Source: an uncultured Solirubrobacteraceae bacterium
GTDB lineage: Bacteria > Actinomycetota > Thermoleophilia > Solirubrobacterales > Solirubrobacteraceae
Assembly (NCBI GenBank): GCA_963849695.1
Contig: CAWKIT010000018.1
Span: 3,535-67,534 of the forward strand
Length of the DNA stretch: 64,000 nucleotides
Reading direction: 5' to 3'
Part shown: positions 53,889 to 63,057 of the stretch, one piece after another
Numbering within the stretch: the stretch's first letter is position 1
Layout of the letters: the number at the start of each line of letters is the position of its first letter
Translations under genes and position numbers: made by a program
The notes under the pieces: model-generated
What the model was told of the DNA's origin: nothing
The model's input: only the letters and a program-made list of their open reading frames with translations
Databases searched by the model: none

Positions 53889-54442
53889 ACCTCGAGGATC
53901 TCTTCTTCCTTGGCCTTGAGGACGCCGTCGAGCTCCTTGACCTTCTCGTCCGTGAGCTTCTGCAGCGCCTCCTCGGCGCGGTGCTCGTCGTCCGAGCCGG
54001 CGTCGCCGGCGTCGCGCAGCTCGCGCAGGTCGTGCATGGTGTCGCGGCGGATGTTGCGGATCGCCACCCGGCCCTCCTCGGCCAGGTTCCGCACCACCTT
54101 GACCAGCTCCCTACGGCGCTCCTCGGTCAGCTCCGGTACCTGCAGCCGGATGATCTGGCCGTCGTTGTTGGGCGTCAGCCCGATGTCGGACTCCAGGATC
54201 GCGCGCTCGATGTTCTTCATCGAGCTCTTGTCGTAGGGCTGGACGGTGAGCAGCCGCGCCTCGGGAGCGGACACCGTGGCGAGCTGCTTGAGCGGCGTCT
54301 GGGCCCCGTAGTAGTCGACGGTGATGCGGTCCAGGAGCGCGGTGCTCGCGCGTCCCGTGCGGACCGACCCGAACTTGTGCCGGGTCGCGTCCACGGACTT
54401 CGCCATGTGCTCCCGGGCGTCTTGTAGGAGTTCGTCGATCAT
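53885..54442 (-). CDS. frr: Ribosome recycling factor
   Basis: This is ORF 53885..54547 taken from M36: [46 protein letters not shown]...NIRRD. The protein is 185 aa. Confidence 0.93.
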   Translation of the reverse strand: MIDELLQDAREHMAKSVDATRHKFGSVRTGRASTALLDRITVDYYGAQTPLKQLATVSAPEARLLTVQPYDKSSMKNIERAILESDIGLTPNNDGQIIRLQVPELTEERRRELVKVVRNLAEEGRVAIRNIRRDTMHDLRELRDAGDAGSDDEHRAEEALQKLTDEKVKELDGVLKAKEEEILEV

Positions 54443-55164
54443 TCCGGCTTCACCAGCGTTCCGACCCGCTCGCCGGAGACTATCCGGTCGATGTTGCGCT
54501 CGTCGTTCATGTTGAAGACGGCGATCGGGAGGTGGTTGTCCATGCACAACGACAGCGCCGTCGAGTCCATGATCTTCAGGCCGCGCTGGATCGCCTCGCG
54601 CGCGGTGATCTCGGGGATGAACTCCGCTTCGGGGTCGTGCTTCGGGTCGGCCGTGTAGACGCCCTCGACGCCGTTCTTGGCCATCAGGATGATCTCCGCG
54701 TGCATCTCCAGCGCGCGCAGGGCCGCGGCGGTGTCGGAGGTGAAGAACGGGTTGCCGGTGCCGGCCGCGAAGATCACGATCCGGCCCTTCTCGAGGTGGC
54801 GCATGGCGCGCCGGCGGATGTACGGCTCCGCGACCTCGGAGATCGTGATCGCCGACTGCACGCGCGTGTGCACGCCCTGCTTCTCCAGCGCATCCTGGAG
54901 CGTGAGCGCGTTCAGCACGATCGCGAGCATGCCCATGTAGTCCGCCGTGGCGCGATCCATGCCGGCGGCGGCGCCCTGCAGGCCGCGGTAGATGTTGCCC
55001 GCCCCCAGCACGACCGAGACCTCCACGCCGCGGTCGCGGACGCCCTTGAGCTGCCGGGCGATCCGCTCGACGGTCCCCGCGTCGGTGCCGAACTCGAGGT
55101 CGCCCATGAGCGCCTCGCCCGACAGCTTGACGAGGACCCGCTGAAAGGCGGGCTTGTCCGTCAC
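54439..55164 (-). CDS. pyrH: UMP kinase
   Basis: This is taken from GTG 55164 (GTGA overlap with the tsf stop) within shadow ORF 54439..56121: [11 protein letters not shown]...[11 protein letters not shown]...[17 protein letters not shown]. Confidence 0.93.
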   Translation of the reverse strand: MTDKPAFQRVLVKLSGEALMGDLEFGTDAGTVERIARQLKGVRDRGVEVSVVLGAGNIYRGLQGAAAGMDRATADYMGMLAIVLNALTLQDALEKQGVHTRVQSAITISEVAEPYIRRRAMRHLEKGRIVIFAAGTGNPFFTSDTAAALRALEMHAEIILMAKNGVEGVYTADPKHDPEAEFIPEITAREAIQRGLKIMDSTALSLCMDNHLPIAVFNMNDERNIDRIVSGERVGTLVKPE

Positions 55165-55763
55165 GCCCCGACCTGGAAGCGCGCGAAGCGGCGGATGACG
55201 ACGTTCTCGCCGGTGCTGCCGACGAGCTCCAGCCGCAGCTGCTCGATCGTCTTGCCGTCGTACTTGTCGGTGTTGACGTGCGGCTGGTTGAGGAGCACGA
55301 CCTCGTCCATCCACTTGCGCAGCTTGCCCTCGGCGATCTTCGGCCGGACGTTCTCGGGCTTGTCGGCCGCCTGCTGCTCGAACACGCGCAGCTCGGCGCC
55401 CTTGTCCTCCTGCGGGACGTCGTCCTCGGAGACGTACTTCGTCTGCGGCGAGGCCGCGATGTGCATCGCGACCTCGCGCGCGAAGGCCTGGAAGTCCTCG
55501 TTGCGGGCGACGAAGTCGGTGTTGCAGTCGACCTCGACGAGCACGCCGATCGTGCCGCCGTGGATGTAGGACGCGACGGTGCCCTCGGTGGCCTCGCGGC
55601 CGCCGACCTTGAGCGCCTTGTCGCCCAGGCGGACGCGCAGGAGCTCGACGGCGGCCTCGATGTCCCCGTTCGTCTCCTGGAGGGCGTTCTTGCAGTCCAT
55701 CATGCCCGCGCCCGTGCGGTCGCGCAGCTCCTTGACCTGCGCGGCGGTGATCGTGGCGCTCAC
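55161..55763 (-). CDS. tsf: Translation elongation factor Ts (short form, 200 aa)
   Basis: [39 protein letters not shown]...[19 protein letters not shown]. Its start sits in a GTGA overlap with the rpsB stop. Confidence 0.93.
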   Translation of the reverse strand: MSATITAAQVKELRDRTGAGMMDCKNALQETNGDIEAAVELLRVRLGDKALKVGGREATEGTVASYIHGGTIGVLVEVDCNTDFVARNEDFQAFAREVAMHIAASPQTKYVSEDDVPQEDKGAELRVFEQQAADKPENVRPKIAEGKLRKWMDEVVLLNQPHVNTDKYDGKTIEQLRLELVGSTGENVVIRRFARFQVGA

Positions 55764-57310
55764 TGGTTCTCCTCGGTCTTCTCGGTCGTCGCTTCGGTCG
55801 CGGCCGGCTCCTTGCTCGTCCCGGCCGTCTCGGGGGGCGGCTTCGGCGCCCGCTTCGGCTTCGCCTTCGCCCTTGGCTTGGCCTTCGGCTTCGGCTTGGG
55901 CTTCGGCTCCTCGACCGGCGCCGCGGCCTCCGCGGCGGGCGCCTCCGCCTCCGCGGCGGCCGGCGCCTCCGGCTCAACGGCGGCGGGCGCCTCCGGCTCA
56001 ACGGCGGCCGGCGCCTCCGGCTCAACGGCCGCGGGCGCCTCCGGCTCAACGGCGGCGGGCGCCTCCGGCTCAACGGCCGCGGGCGCCTCCGGCTCAACGG
56101 CCGCGGGCGCCTCCGGCTCAACGGCCGCGGGCGCCTCCGGCTCAGCGGCCGCCGCCTCAGGCTCCGCGGCCGGCGCCGCCTCGGCGGCCGCCTCCGGCGC
56201 CCCCACGGCGGTGTCGCTCGCCGGCGAGCCCTCGCCGGCGGGGGCGCCCGCCTCCTGGGGCACGCGGTCGCCCACGTTCGGGTTCAGGATCGCCTCCCGG
56301 CGGCCGGGGCCGACGTTGCCGGCGGCCGGCATCGCCGGCTCGTCGGCGGCCTGGGCGGCGGCGCCGGCCTCGGCGGCGCGGCGGCCCTCGACCTCGCGGC
56401 CGGCCACCTGGGCGGCCTCGGCCACCTGCGCCTCGGCGACGTCGCGCGGCTGGCCCGTGCCGGCGTGGGTGAGCGCCTCGGCGGCGGCGCGCTCCTCGGC
56501 CTCGCGGCGGGCATGCTCCTCGGCCTCACGCGCCGCCTGCTCCTCCGCCTCGCGCCGGGCCTGCTCCTCCGCCTCGCGCCGCGCCTGCTCCTCCGCCTCC
56601 CGCCGCGCCTGCTCCTCCTCGGCGCGGAAGCGGGCGCGGCCCGCGGAGACCACGTCGCCGATCGCACGCGTGACCAGGCTGCAGGCGCGGATCGCGTCGT
56701 CGTTGCCGGGCACGACGTAGTCGATCCCGTCGGGGTCGCAGTTGGTATCGACCAGGCCGATGATCGGGATCCGCAGGCGCTGCGCCTCGCGGACGGCGAT
56801 CGCCTCGGTCTTGAGGTCGACCACGAACATCGCGTCGGGCACGCGCTGCATGTTCTTGACGCCGCCCAGGTTGGCCTGGAGCTTCACGAGGTCGGCCTCG
56901 GCGGACAGCCGCTCGCGTGTCGGCAGCAGCGCGAGCTGACCGTCGGCGGCGTAGCGCTCGAGGTCGTGCAGGCGCTTGATCCGCAGCGAGATCGTCTGGA
57001 AGTTGGTCAGCAGGCCGCCGAGCCAGCGGTGGTTGACGAACGGCTGGCCGGCCGCCTCGGCGACCTCCTTGATGCCGTCGCGCGCCTGCTTCTTGGTGCC
57101 GACGAACAGCACGGTCCCGCCGCGGTGGGCGATCCCGGACGCGAAGTTCTGGGCCTGCTCGAGCAGCTGCTCGGTCTTGAGCAGGTCGATGATGTAGATC
57201 CCGCCGCGCTCGCCGTAGATGAAGCGGCGCATCTTCGGGTTCCAACGGCGTGTCTGGTGGCCGAAGTGCACGCCGGCCTCCAGCAGCTCTCTGATTCCTA
57301 CCTGAGCCAC
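55760..57310 (-). CDS. rpsB: 30S ribosomal protein S2 with ~290-aa repeat-rich C-terminal extension
   Basis: This is taken from GTG 57310 (AAGGGAG 7 nt upstream) within ORF 55760..57376. The S2 core is [43 protein letters not shown]...[31 protein letters not shown] (about 228 aa). The tail has 6x EEQARREA-type repeats, 8x EPEAPAAV-type repeats, [25 protein letters not shown] and an acidic end. Confidence 0.9.
   Translation of the reverse strand: MAQVGIRELLEAGVHFGHQTRRWNPKMRRFIYGERGGIYIIDLLKTEQLLEQAQNFASGIAHRGGTVLFVGTKKQARDGIKEVAEAAGQPFVNHRWLGGLLTNFQTISLRIKRLHDLERYAADGQLALLPTRERLSAEADLVKLQANLGGVKNMQRVPDAMFVVDLKTEAIAVREAQRLRIPIIGLVDTNCDPDGIDYVVPGNDDAIRACSLVTRAIGDVVSAGRARFRAEEEQARREAEEQARREAEEQARREAEEQAAREAEEHARREAEERAAAEALTHAGTGQPRDVAEAQVAEAAQVAGREVEGRRAAEAGAAAQAADEPAMPAAGNVGPGRREAILNPNVGDRVPQEAGAPAGEGSPASDTAVGAPEAAAEAAPAAEPEAAAAEPEAPAAVEPEAPAAVEPEAPAAVEPEAPAAVEPEAPAAVEPEAPAAVEPEAPAAVEPEAPAAAEAEAPAAEAAAPVEEPKPKPKPKAKPRAKAKPKRAPKPPPETAGTSKEPAATEATTEKTEENQ
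55952..56143 (-). repeat. 24-bp coding tandem repeat, ~8 copies (EPEAPAAV units) in the rpsB tail
   Basis: The unit ggcgcctccggctcaacggcSgcS repeats head to tail with only 2 variable positions. It stays in frame with rpsB. Confidence 0.9.
56474..56617 (-). repeat. 24-bp coding tandem repeat, ~6 degenerate copies (EEQARREA units) in the rpsB tail
   Basis: The unit ctgctcctccgcctcgcgccgSgc repeats. It encodes EEQARREA x3, then [16 protein letters not shown] and EERAAAEA. Confidence 0.85.
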
Positions 57311-57390
57311 GGACAACTCCCTTGATGGATGTGATGGTGCAGCCCGGGCGATCGAGGCGTGCGGACCCGGCATCACAGCCGGGCAGGGCC

Positions 57391-57421
57391 GCGGCCTCGG
57401 GACGGTGTGAACTGAGGCCGC
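57391..57421 (-). terminator. Possible rluD terminator / rpsB leader hairpin
   Basis: GCGGCCTC-(15 nt)-GAGGCCGC forms an 8-bp stem about 30 nt after the rluD stop (57452). A second hairpin, CCCGGC-tgtgat-GCCGGG (minus-strand sense), lies closer to rpsB. Confidence 0.3.
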
Positions 57422-57451
57422 CCGGGGTCGTGTTACGAGTCGGGTACCAGT

Positions 57452-58351
57452 CTACGAAAGTTGTGAAAGAGCTCGTGCGAGCGCCTTGGATAGATCGTCG
57501 GGGAGCGGTGACCTGACATCTATGGCCTCGCCCGTCACCGGATGCCGGAAGGCGAGCCGCTCGGCATGCAGGAACTGCCGCTCGAGGCCGAGCAGCCCCG
57601 CGCGGCCGTACTCCGGATCGCCGGCCACCGGATGTCCGATCGCCAGCAGGTGCGCGCGGATCTGGTGCGTGCGGCCGGTCTCGAGCCGCACCCGCAGGAG
57701 CGTGAAGCCCTCGTGGATGGCCTCCACCTCGAAGTGGGTGATCGCCTCGCGCGGCTCGTCGGTGTCGGTCGAGATCCGCGTGCGGACGCGCCGGTCGCGG
57801 CCGAGTGGCGCGTCGATCGTCCCCGCGCGGGCCGCGGGCCGGCCCTCGACGAGCGCGAGGTACTCGCGCGCGACGTCGCGCCGGCGGAGCATCTCCTTCA
57901 GGGCCGCATGCGCCGCCTCGGTACGAGCCACGACGAGCAGCCCCGAGGTGTCGCGGTCGAGCCGGTGGACGATCCCCGGTCGCCGCGGGTCGTCGCCGCC
58001 GGCGACCCGCCCCGCCAGCGCCTGCACCAGCGTGCCCGCCCGGTGCCTGCGGGCCGGGTGGACGACCACGCCGGCCGGCTTGTCGATCACCAGCAGGTGC
58101 TCGTCCTCATACGCGATCGCGTAGGTCGCGTCCGGGACCGCCGGCTCCTCCGCCTCCGGCGCCGGCCTTACCATCACGCGCTCGCCCGCCGCCACGGCGT
58201 GCCGCTTGCGCACCACCGCGCCGTCGACCAGCACGAGCCCGGCCTCGATCAGGCGCTGCGCCGCCGCGCGCGAGCCGGCCGCGGGCGTGAGGAAGACGTC
58301 GAGCCGGTCCCCGGCCGCGTCGGGGCCGACGACGAGCTCACGTTCGTCCAT
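57452..58351 (-). CDS. rluD: RluA-family 23S rRNA pseudouridine synthase (RluD-like) with S4 domain
   Basis: ...RLDVFLT...SRAAAQRLIEAGLVLVDG (S4) ...LLVIDKPAGVVVHP...GIVHRLDRDTSGLLVVAR...LETGRTHQIRAHL. Confidence 0.9.
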   Translation of the reverse strand: MDERELVVGPDAAGDRLDVFLTPAAGSRAAAQRLIEAGLVLVDGAVVRKRHAVAAGERVMVRPAPEAEEPAVPDATYAIAYEDEHLLVIDKPAGVVVHPARRHRAGTLVQALAGRVAGGDDPRRPGIVHRLDRDTSGLLVVARTEAAHAALKEMLRRRDVAREYLALVEGRPAARAGTIDAPLGRDRRVRTRISTDTDEPREAITHFEVEAIHEGFTLLRVRLETGRTHQIRAHLLAIGHPVAGDPEYGRAGLLGLERQFLHAERLAFRHPVTGEAIDVRSPLPDDLSKALARALSQLS

Positions 58352-58790
58352 GGCGCGGCGGCCCCTCGAGCACGTACAGCAGCGACAGGACGCCGAGCGT
58401 GATCGCGATGTCGGCGATGTTGAACGCCGGCCACGCCGGCAGGTCGATGAAGTCGGTGACCGCCTGCTCGCGCGCGCGGTCGATCAGGTTGCCGGTGGCG
58501 CCGCCGATCAGCAGGCCGGTCGGGAGCCACACGAGCGGGCGGTCGCGGTGGCGGGCGAAGAACACGAGCAGCGCGACGAGCGCGGCGAGCGCGAACAGCA
58601 CGAGCAGCACGCCGCCGTTGGCGAACAGCCCGAACGCGATCCCGCGGTTGCGCACGTTGACGATCTCGATGCCGAGGAACAGCTCGACCGCGTCGCCGCG
58701 CTCGATCGACGACCGCACCAGCGCCTTGACGGCCTGGTCGGCGGCGACCGTCGCCACCGCGACCAGCGCGGCCCGCCCCGCGGGGCTCAC
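58338..58790 (-). CDS. lspA: Lipoprotein signal peptidase II
   Basis: ...VNVRNRGIAFGLF...GGATGNLIDR...VTDFIDLPAWPAFNIADIAI. The protein is 150 aa with 4 TM segments. Confidence 0.88.
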   Translation of the reverse strand: MSPAGRAALVAVATVAADQAVKALVRSSIERGDAVELFLGIEIVNVRNRGIAFGLFANGGVLLVLFALAALVALLVFFARHRDRPLVWLPTGLLIGGATGNLIDRAREQAVTDFIDLPAWPAFNIADIAITLGVLSLLYVLEGPPRHGRT

Positions 58791-59086
58791 GGGCCTGGAT
58801 CGATCAGGCCCACGATGATGCCGCCGACGATCCGCAGCACGAGCAGCGCCACGATCGGCGTCAGGTCCAGAGGCCCGATCCGCAACGGCAGCCGCCGGAA
58901 CAGCCGCAGGTATGGCTCCGTCACGTCGCGCAGGAAATCGAGCACCGCGTTGAGCGGGCGCGAGTACGGCACGCGGACGCCCATGGCGAACACGAACGAC
59001 GCGATCACCCAGCCGATCACGATGATCGTGTAGACCCAGATCAGCGCCCCCAGGAACTCCGCGATCTGCTCGCGTGCTTCCTCCAC
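58787..59086 (-). CDS. yggT: YggT-family membrane protein
   Basis: ...IWVYTIIVIGWVIASF...NAVLDFLRDVTEPYLRLFRRLPLRIGPLDLTPIVALLVL is typical of YggT. The protein is 99 aa. Confidence 0.85.
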   Translation of the reverse strand: MEEAREQIAEFLGALIWVYTIIVIGWVIASFVFAMGVRVPYSRPLNAVLDFLRDVTEPYLRLFRRLPLRIGPLDLTPIVALLVLRIVGGIIVGLIDPGP

Positions 59087-59087
59087 G

Positions 59088-59843
59088 CTAGGCCCCCACC
59101 ACGTCGTCCATCGCGCTCGCGAGCGCCGCCCGGATGCCGCCGCGCTCGAGTGCCGCGAGGCCGCGCGCGGTGGTGCCGCCCGGCGAGGCGACCTCGCGCC
59201 GCACGGTTAGCGTGTCGCGCGCGCGCAGCAGCTCGGCCGAGCCGGCCATCGTCTCGCGCACAAGCGTGCCGGCCATCGCGGCCGGCATCCCGGCCTTGAC
59301 CGCGGCGTCGACCCACGCCTCGACCAGCAGCGCCCAGTAGGCGGGCCCGACTCCGGAGCACGCGCCGGCGACGGTCATCAGCCGCTCGGGGACGTCGACC
59401 ACCGTGCCCGAGCGGGCGAACAGCTCGCGGACCTGCTCGCGCAGCGCCGTGTCCTCCTGCGCGTCGGCGATCGCGAACGCATGGACGCCGCGTCCCACCT
59501 CGGCCGTCGTGTTGGGCTCGATCCGGAACACCGGAACGCCCGGATAGGCCGAGCGCACGTCGGCCTGCGGCGTGCGCGCGAGCAGGGACACGACAGCCTT
59601 GGCCGCGCCGGCCGCCTCCCACGCCACGTCGGCGAGCTGCGCCGGCTTGTGGGCGAGGATCACGAGGTCGGCGCGCTCGGCGAGCTCGCGGTTCGAAGCC
59701 GGCGCCTCGCCGCCGAGCTCGTCTGCGAGGGCCTGCGCGCGGCCGGACCCGGAGTCCGTGCACAGCACGGGATCGCCCCAGCCGCGGGCCAGGGCCCGCG
59801 CCATGTTGCCTGCGCCGATGAAGCCGACCTGCATGGCGGCCAA
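59088..59843 (-). CDS. proC: Pyrroline-5-carboxylate reductase
   Basis: MQVGFIGAGNMARAL...RIEPNTTAEVGRGV...ACSGVGPAYWALLVEA...VASPGGTTARGL. The start may be M4 (59834). Confidence 0.88.
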   Translation of the reverse strand: MAAMQVGFIGAGNMARALARGWGDPVLCTDSGSGRAQALADELGGEAPASNRELAERADLVILAHKPAQLADVAWEAAGAAKAVVSLLARTPQADVRSAYPGVPVFRIEPNTTAEVGRGVHAFAIADAQEDTALREQVRELFARSGTVVDVPERLMTVAGACSGVGPAYWALLVEAWVDAAVKAGMPAAMAGTLVRETMAGSAELLRARDTLTVRREVASPGGTTARGLAALERGGIRAALASAMDDVVGA

Positions 59844-59859
59844 GGTTATGCGGCGCGGC

Positions 59860-60414
59860 TCAGGATTGGTTGAAGAAGCCCTTCTCGATCAACCGCGCGC
59901 GCTCCTCGGCGGACACCTCGACGTTGCGCGGCGTGAGCAGGAACACCTTGTCGGCGATCCGCTGCATCCCGCCGTCGAGCGCGTACGTGAGGCCGGACGC
60001 GAAGTCGATCAGGCGCTTCGAGAGGTCGGTGTCCGACTGCTGGAGGTTGAGGATCACCGGGATCGAGTCCTTGAACTTGTCCGCCACGTCCTGGGCGTCG
60101 TTGAAGGACTTCGGGATCACGAGGTGCACGCGCACGTCCCCGCGGCCGTTGGGCGGCCCCTGGCTGCCCCCGGCGCCGACCGGGCGCAGGGTCGCCGTGC
60201 GCCGCTCGGACGGCGCATCGTCGGCGAAGATGTCGTCGATGTCGTCGCGCCGGCGGCGCGAGGTGAGGCGGCGGACGTTCGGTCGCTCGCGGTAGCGGCT
60301 CTCGAGCTCCTCCTCGGGCTCACGGTTGTCCGTCTGCTCCTCTTCGTATGCGTCGCGATCCTCGGCCAGGCCGAAGTACACGAGCGTGCGGTGCCAGGTA
60401 TCGCGGAAGGCCAT
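59860..60414 (-). CDS. sepF: Cell division protein SepF
   Basis: This is ORF 59860..60486 taken from M25: MAFRDTWHRTLVYFGLAED...VHLVIPKSFNDAQDVADKFKDSIPVILNLQ...LIDFASGLTYALDGGMQRIADKVFLLTP. Confidence 0.9.
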   Translation of the reverse strand: MAFRDTWHRTLVYFGLAEDRDAYEEEQTDNREPEEELESRYRERPNVRRLTSRRRRDDIDDIFADDAPSERRTATLRPVGAGGSQGPPNGRGDVRVHLVIPKSFNDAQDVADKFKDSIPVILNLQQSDTDLSKRLIDFASGLTYALDGGMQRIADKVFLLTPRNVEVSAEERARLIEKGFFNQS

Positions 60415-60463
60415 GCGCGGAGTTGGTTCGCGGCAGGGCGGCATTTCCCTGCTGCCGGGGAGT

Positions 60464-61097
60464 TTACGCGTAGAGGCTCGTGCCAAGCCGCACGATCGTC
60501 GCCCCCTCCTCGGCGGCCACGCGGTAGTCCTGCGAGGTGCCCATCGAGAGCTCGCGCAGGCCGTGCTCGGCGGCGAGCTCGCGCAGGGCGGCGAAGTAGG
60601 GCCGGCTGGCCTCGGGATCCTCGGTGAACGGCGGCATCGTCATGAGGCCGGCCACGCGCACCGGGCAGCGCTGGATGAACGCGCCGAGCTCCTCGGGCGC
60701 GATCCCGGCCTTCCCCTCCTCCCCCGCCGTGTTGACCTCGACCAGCACCTCGGTGTCCGGCGTGCCGTGCTTGGAGAGCTGACTCAGCGCGGAGTCCGAC
60801 GCGACGGAGTGGATCAGCTCGACGTGCGGGAGGATCGCCTTGACCTTGCGGCTCTGGAGCTGGCCGATGAAGTGCCAGCGGAAGACTGCCGGGGTAGGCG
60901 TCGGCCTTCGCGGCCAGGTCCTGGGCGCGGTTCTCGCCCACCAGCTCGATCCCGGCCTCCGCGAGCGTCCCCAGCTCCTCGAGCGGGACGTACTTGACGG
61001 CCGCCAGCACCTGCACGCCCTCTGGCAGTTGCTCGCGCACGCGCGCGAGGTTCTCGCGGATCCGGCCGGCCTCGAGGCCGGTGATCAGACCCGCCAC
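60464..61097 (-). CDS. yggS: YggS-family pyridoxal-phosphate homeostasis protein; frame broken once as sequenced
   Basis: GTG 61097 begins ...IRENLARVREQLPEGVQVLAAVKYVPLEELGTLAEAGIELVGENRAQDLAAKADAYPG in the shadow ORF 60117..62177 frame. After about 60887 it continues VFRWHFIGQLQSRKVKAILPHVELIHSV...VLVEVNTAGEEGKAG...LSMGTSQDY (ORF 60464..60748 frame). Confidence 0.85.
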
Positions 61098-61841
61098 ACG
61101 ACCCCCGCCTGCCGCCCGGTGTCGCCGCCGTCGCGCCGGTGCGAGAAGAACAGCTCCGGGTGGCACATCGTGCAGAGCCCGACGTCGTGCACGGTGGCGC
61201 CCTCGAGCTGCGCCCGAAGGATCTTGGGCAGGTCGAGGTTCCGGCCCTGGCGGGCGTCGTACCGCTCGAACGCGGCGTGCACCTCCTCGCCGACCTCGTA
61301 GCAGCAGCCGCGCGCGCCGGGTCCGATCAGCGCGGTGATCGGACCCTCGCCGCCGACCTCGCGCAGCGCGGCGATGCCCTCGGCCAGGATCCCGGCCGCG
61401 GTCCCGCGCCAGCCTCCGTGGAGCGCGGCCACGGCGCCGTCCGCGACCAGCAGGACCGGGGTGCAGTCGGCGACGAAGACGAGCGCCGGATGGCCGCTCA
61501 GCGCCGTCGCCTGGCCGTCCTCCTCGGCGGGCGGCCGCGCCGCGCCGGGCGGCTCGGTGGCGCGCCGCACCTTGGCGCCCGTGGACCTGCCTGCCGTACA
61601 GGAACCGCTCGCGTGGGCAGCCCGTCAAGGCCGCCACCCGCCGCCGGTTCTCGTCGACGTTGGCGCCGTCGTCGGCGGTCAGCCGGCCGAGGTTGAGCGA
61701 CGCGAACGGCCCGCCCGAGACCCCGCCGCGCCGGGTCGTGAACAGCGCCCGCGCGCCCGGCACCTCGGCGACGATGTGCTCGCCGTCCCAGCGGAACGGC
61801 GCGCGCAGCTGTGGAAGCGTGGCGGTCGCCATGGCGGTCAT
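61085..61841 (-). CDS. pgeF: PgeF/YfiH-family (laccase-domain) purine nucleoside phosphorylase; frame broken once as sequenced
   Basis: MTAMATATLPQLRAPFRWDG...ALFTTRRGGVSGGPFASLNLG...RERFLYGRQVHG continues after about 61580 in ORF 61085..61570: AKVRRATE...FVADCTPVLL...ALHGGWRGTAAGI...GPGARGCCYEVG...CTMCHPELFFSHRRDG. Confidence 0.85.
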
Positions 61842-61855
61842 CCTAGGGCTCGGAT

Positions 61856-63022
61856 TCAGGCCAGGGCGGCGGCCAGCTGTTCCTCGCGGGTGTCGGCGCG
61901 GCCCTCGAGCATGGCCTCCATCGCGGCGGCGAGCCCGGCGCCGACCGCCGGCCCCTGCAGGCCGGCGGCGACCAGGTCGTTGCCGTCGATGGCGAGCCGC
62001 CGGTGGCGGAGGTCGTCGAGCCAGCGCCGCGCCGCGTCGACCTGTCCCAGCGCGCCGGCGACCGCGACCGTCTCGGGGCGCTCGCGGCGAAGCGAACGCC
62101 ACAGGCCTGCGTCGGTCATCGGATGGCCCGTCTCCATCGCGTACCGGTCCGGGTCGATCAGGTCGACCACGTGCCACGCGCGCCGCGCAGCGTCCGCGAC
62201 GGCGGCGCGGTCGTTCGCCGGGAACGCGAGGCGGTCGAGGACCGGGCGCATGTCATCCGCGCCGACCAGCGTCGAAGCCAGCGCGGCGAGCGGCCCGCCG
62301 AGCTCGTGCGCGACCGCGATCCGGCGCTCGTCCGGGTCGAAGGCGTCGTCGAGCAGCGCCCGCCCCAGTCCGTGCCGCTCCAGCCCCATCAGCGCGGCCG
62401 GCTGCGGCTCGCGGAGGAGCAGGCGCAGCTCGGCGCCCAGCCGCGAGCCGGTGACGGTGTCCAGCGCGCCGCCCGCGATCGCTTCGGCGGCCAACCGGTC
62501 GGTGCGTTCCTCGGGCTCGAACCCGAGCCGGGCGGCGTAGCGGACCAGGCGCAGCAGCCGCGTCGGATCGTCGATGAACGAGCGGTCGTGCAGCACGCGC
62601 AGCCGCCGCGCATCGAGGTCCTCGTGCGCCCGCGGCACCCAGGTCAGCTCGCCGTCGGCGAGGTGGAGGGCGATCGCGTTGACCGTGAAGTCGCGGCGCT
62701 CGAGGTCCTCGCGGAGCGTGGCGCCGAGCTCGACCTCCGGCAGCGCGCCCGGGCGCTCGTAGCGCTCGCGGCGCGCGCTCGCGAGATCGAAGGTCGCGCC
62801 CGGCACGCTCACGGTCGCGGTCCCGAACCGCTCGTGCGCAACGACACGACCTCCGATACGCCTCGCGACGGCCAGCGCGTCGCCCTCGACGACGAAGTCG
62901 AGCTCGCGCGGCTCGCGGCCCAGCAGCAGGTCGCGCACGGCTCCGCCGACCACGTAGACGGAGTCCTCGCCGTCGAGCGCGGCGACCGCAGGCGGGCGAC
63001 CCAGGCGTTCCAGCAGGTCCAC
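61856..63022 (-). CDS. CCA-adding enzyme / poly(A) polymerase-family tRNA nucleotidyltransferase
   Basis: ORF 61856..63076 contains VYVVGGAVRDLLLGREPRELDFVV...RDFTVNAIAL...DPTRLLRLVRYAARLGF. I prefer GTG 63022 because the divergent gene starts at 63058. Confidence 0.8.
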   Translation of the reverse strand: MDLLERLGRPPAVAALDGEDSVYVVGGAVRDLLLGREPRELDFVVEGDALAVARRIGGRVVAHERFGTATVSVPGATFDLASARRERYERPGALPEVELGATLREDLERRDFTVNAIALHLADGELTWVPRAHEDLDARRLRVLHDRSFIDDPTRLLRLVRYAARLGFEPEERTDRLAAEAIAGGALDTVTGSRLGAELRLLLREPQPAALMGLERHGLGRALLDDAFDPDERRIAVAHELGGPLAALASTLVGADDMRPVLDRLAFPANDRAAVADAARRAWHVVDLIDPDRYAMETGHPMTDAGLWRSLRRERPETVAVAGALGQVDAARRWLDDLRHRRLAIDGNDLVAAGLQGPAVGAGLAAAMEAMLEGRADTREEQLAAALA

Positions 63023-63057
63023 GGAGGCATCTTGGCGGCTGGATACCCTGCTTGGGG

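Noticed and set aside
55952-56143. CRISPR-like regular 24-bp repeats
   Set aside because: The units are directly adjacent with no spacers. They are in frame and encode the EPEAPAAV repeats of the rpsB tail. No cas genes are present.
57311-57451. S2-binding autoregulatory leader upstream of rpsB
   Set aside because: Two hairpins exist, but the distal one is equally well explained as the rluD terminator. I know of no actinobacterial consensus to compare with, so it is listed only as a low-confidence feature.
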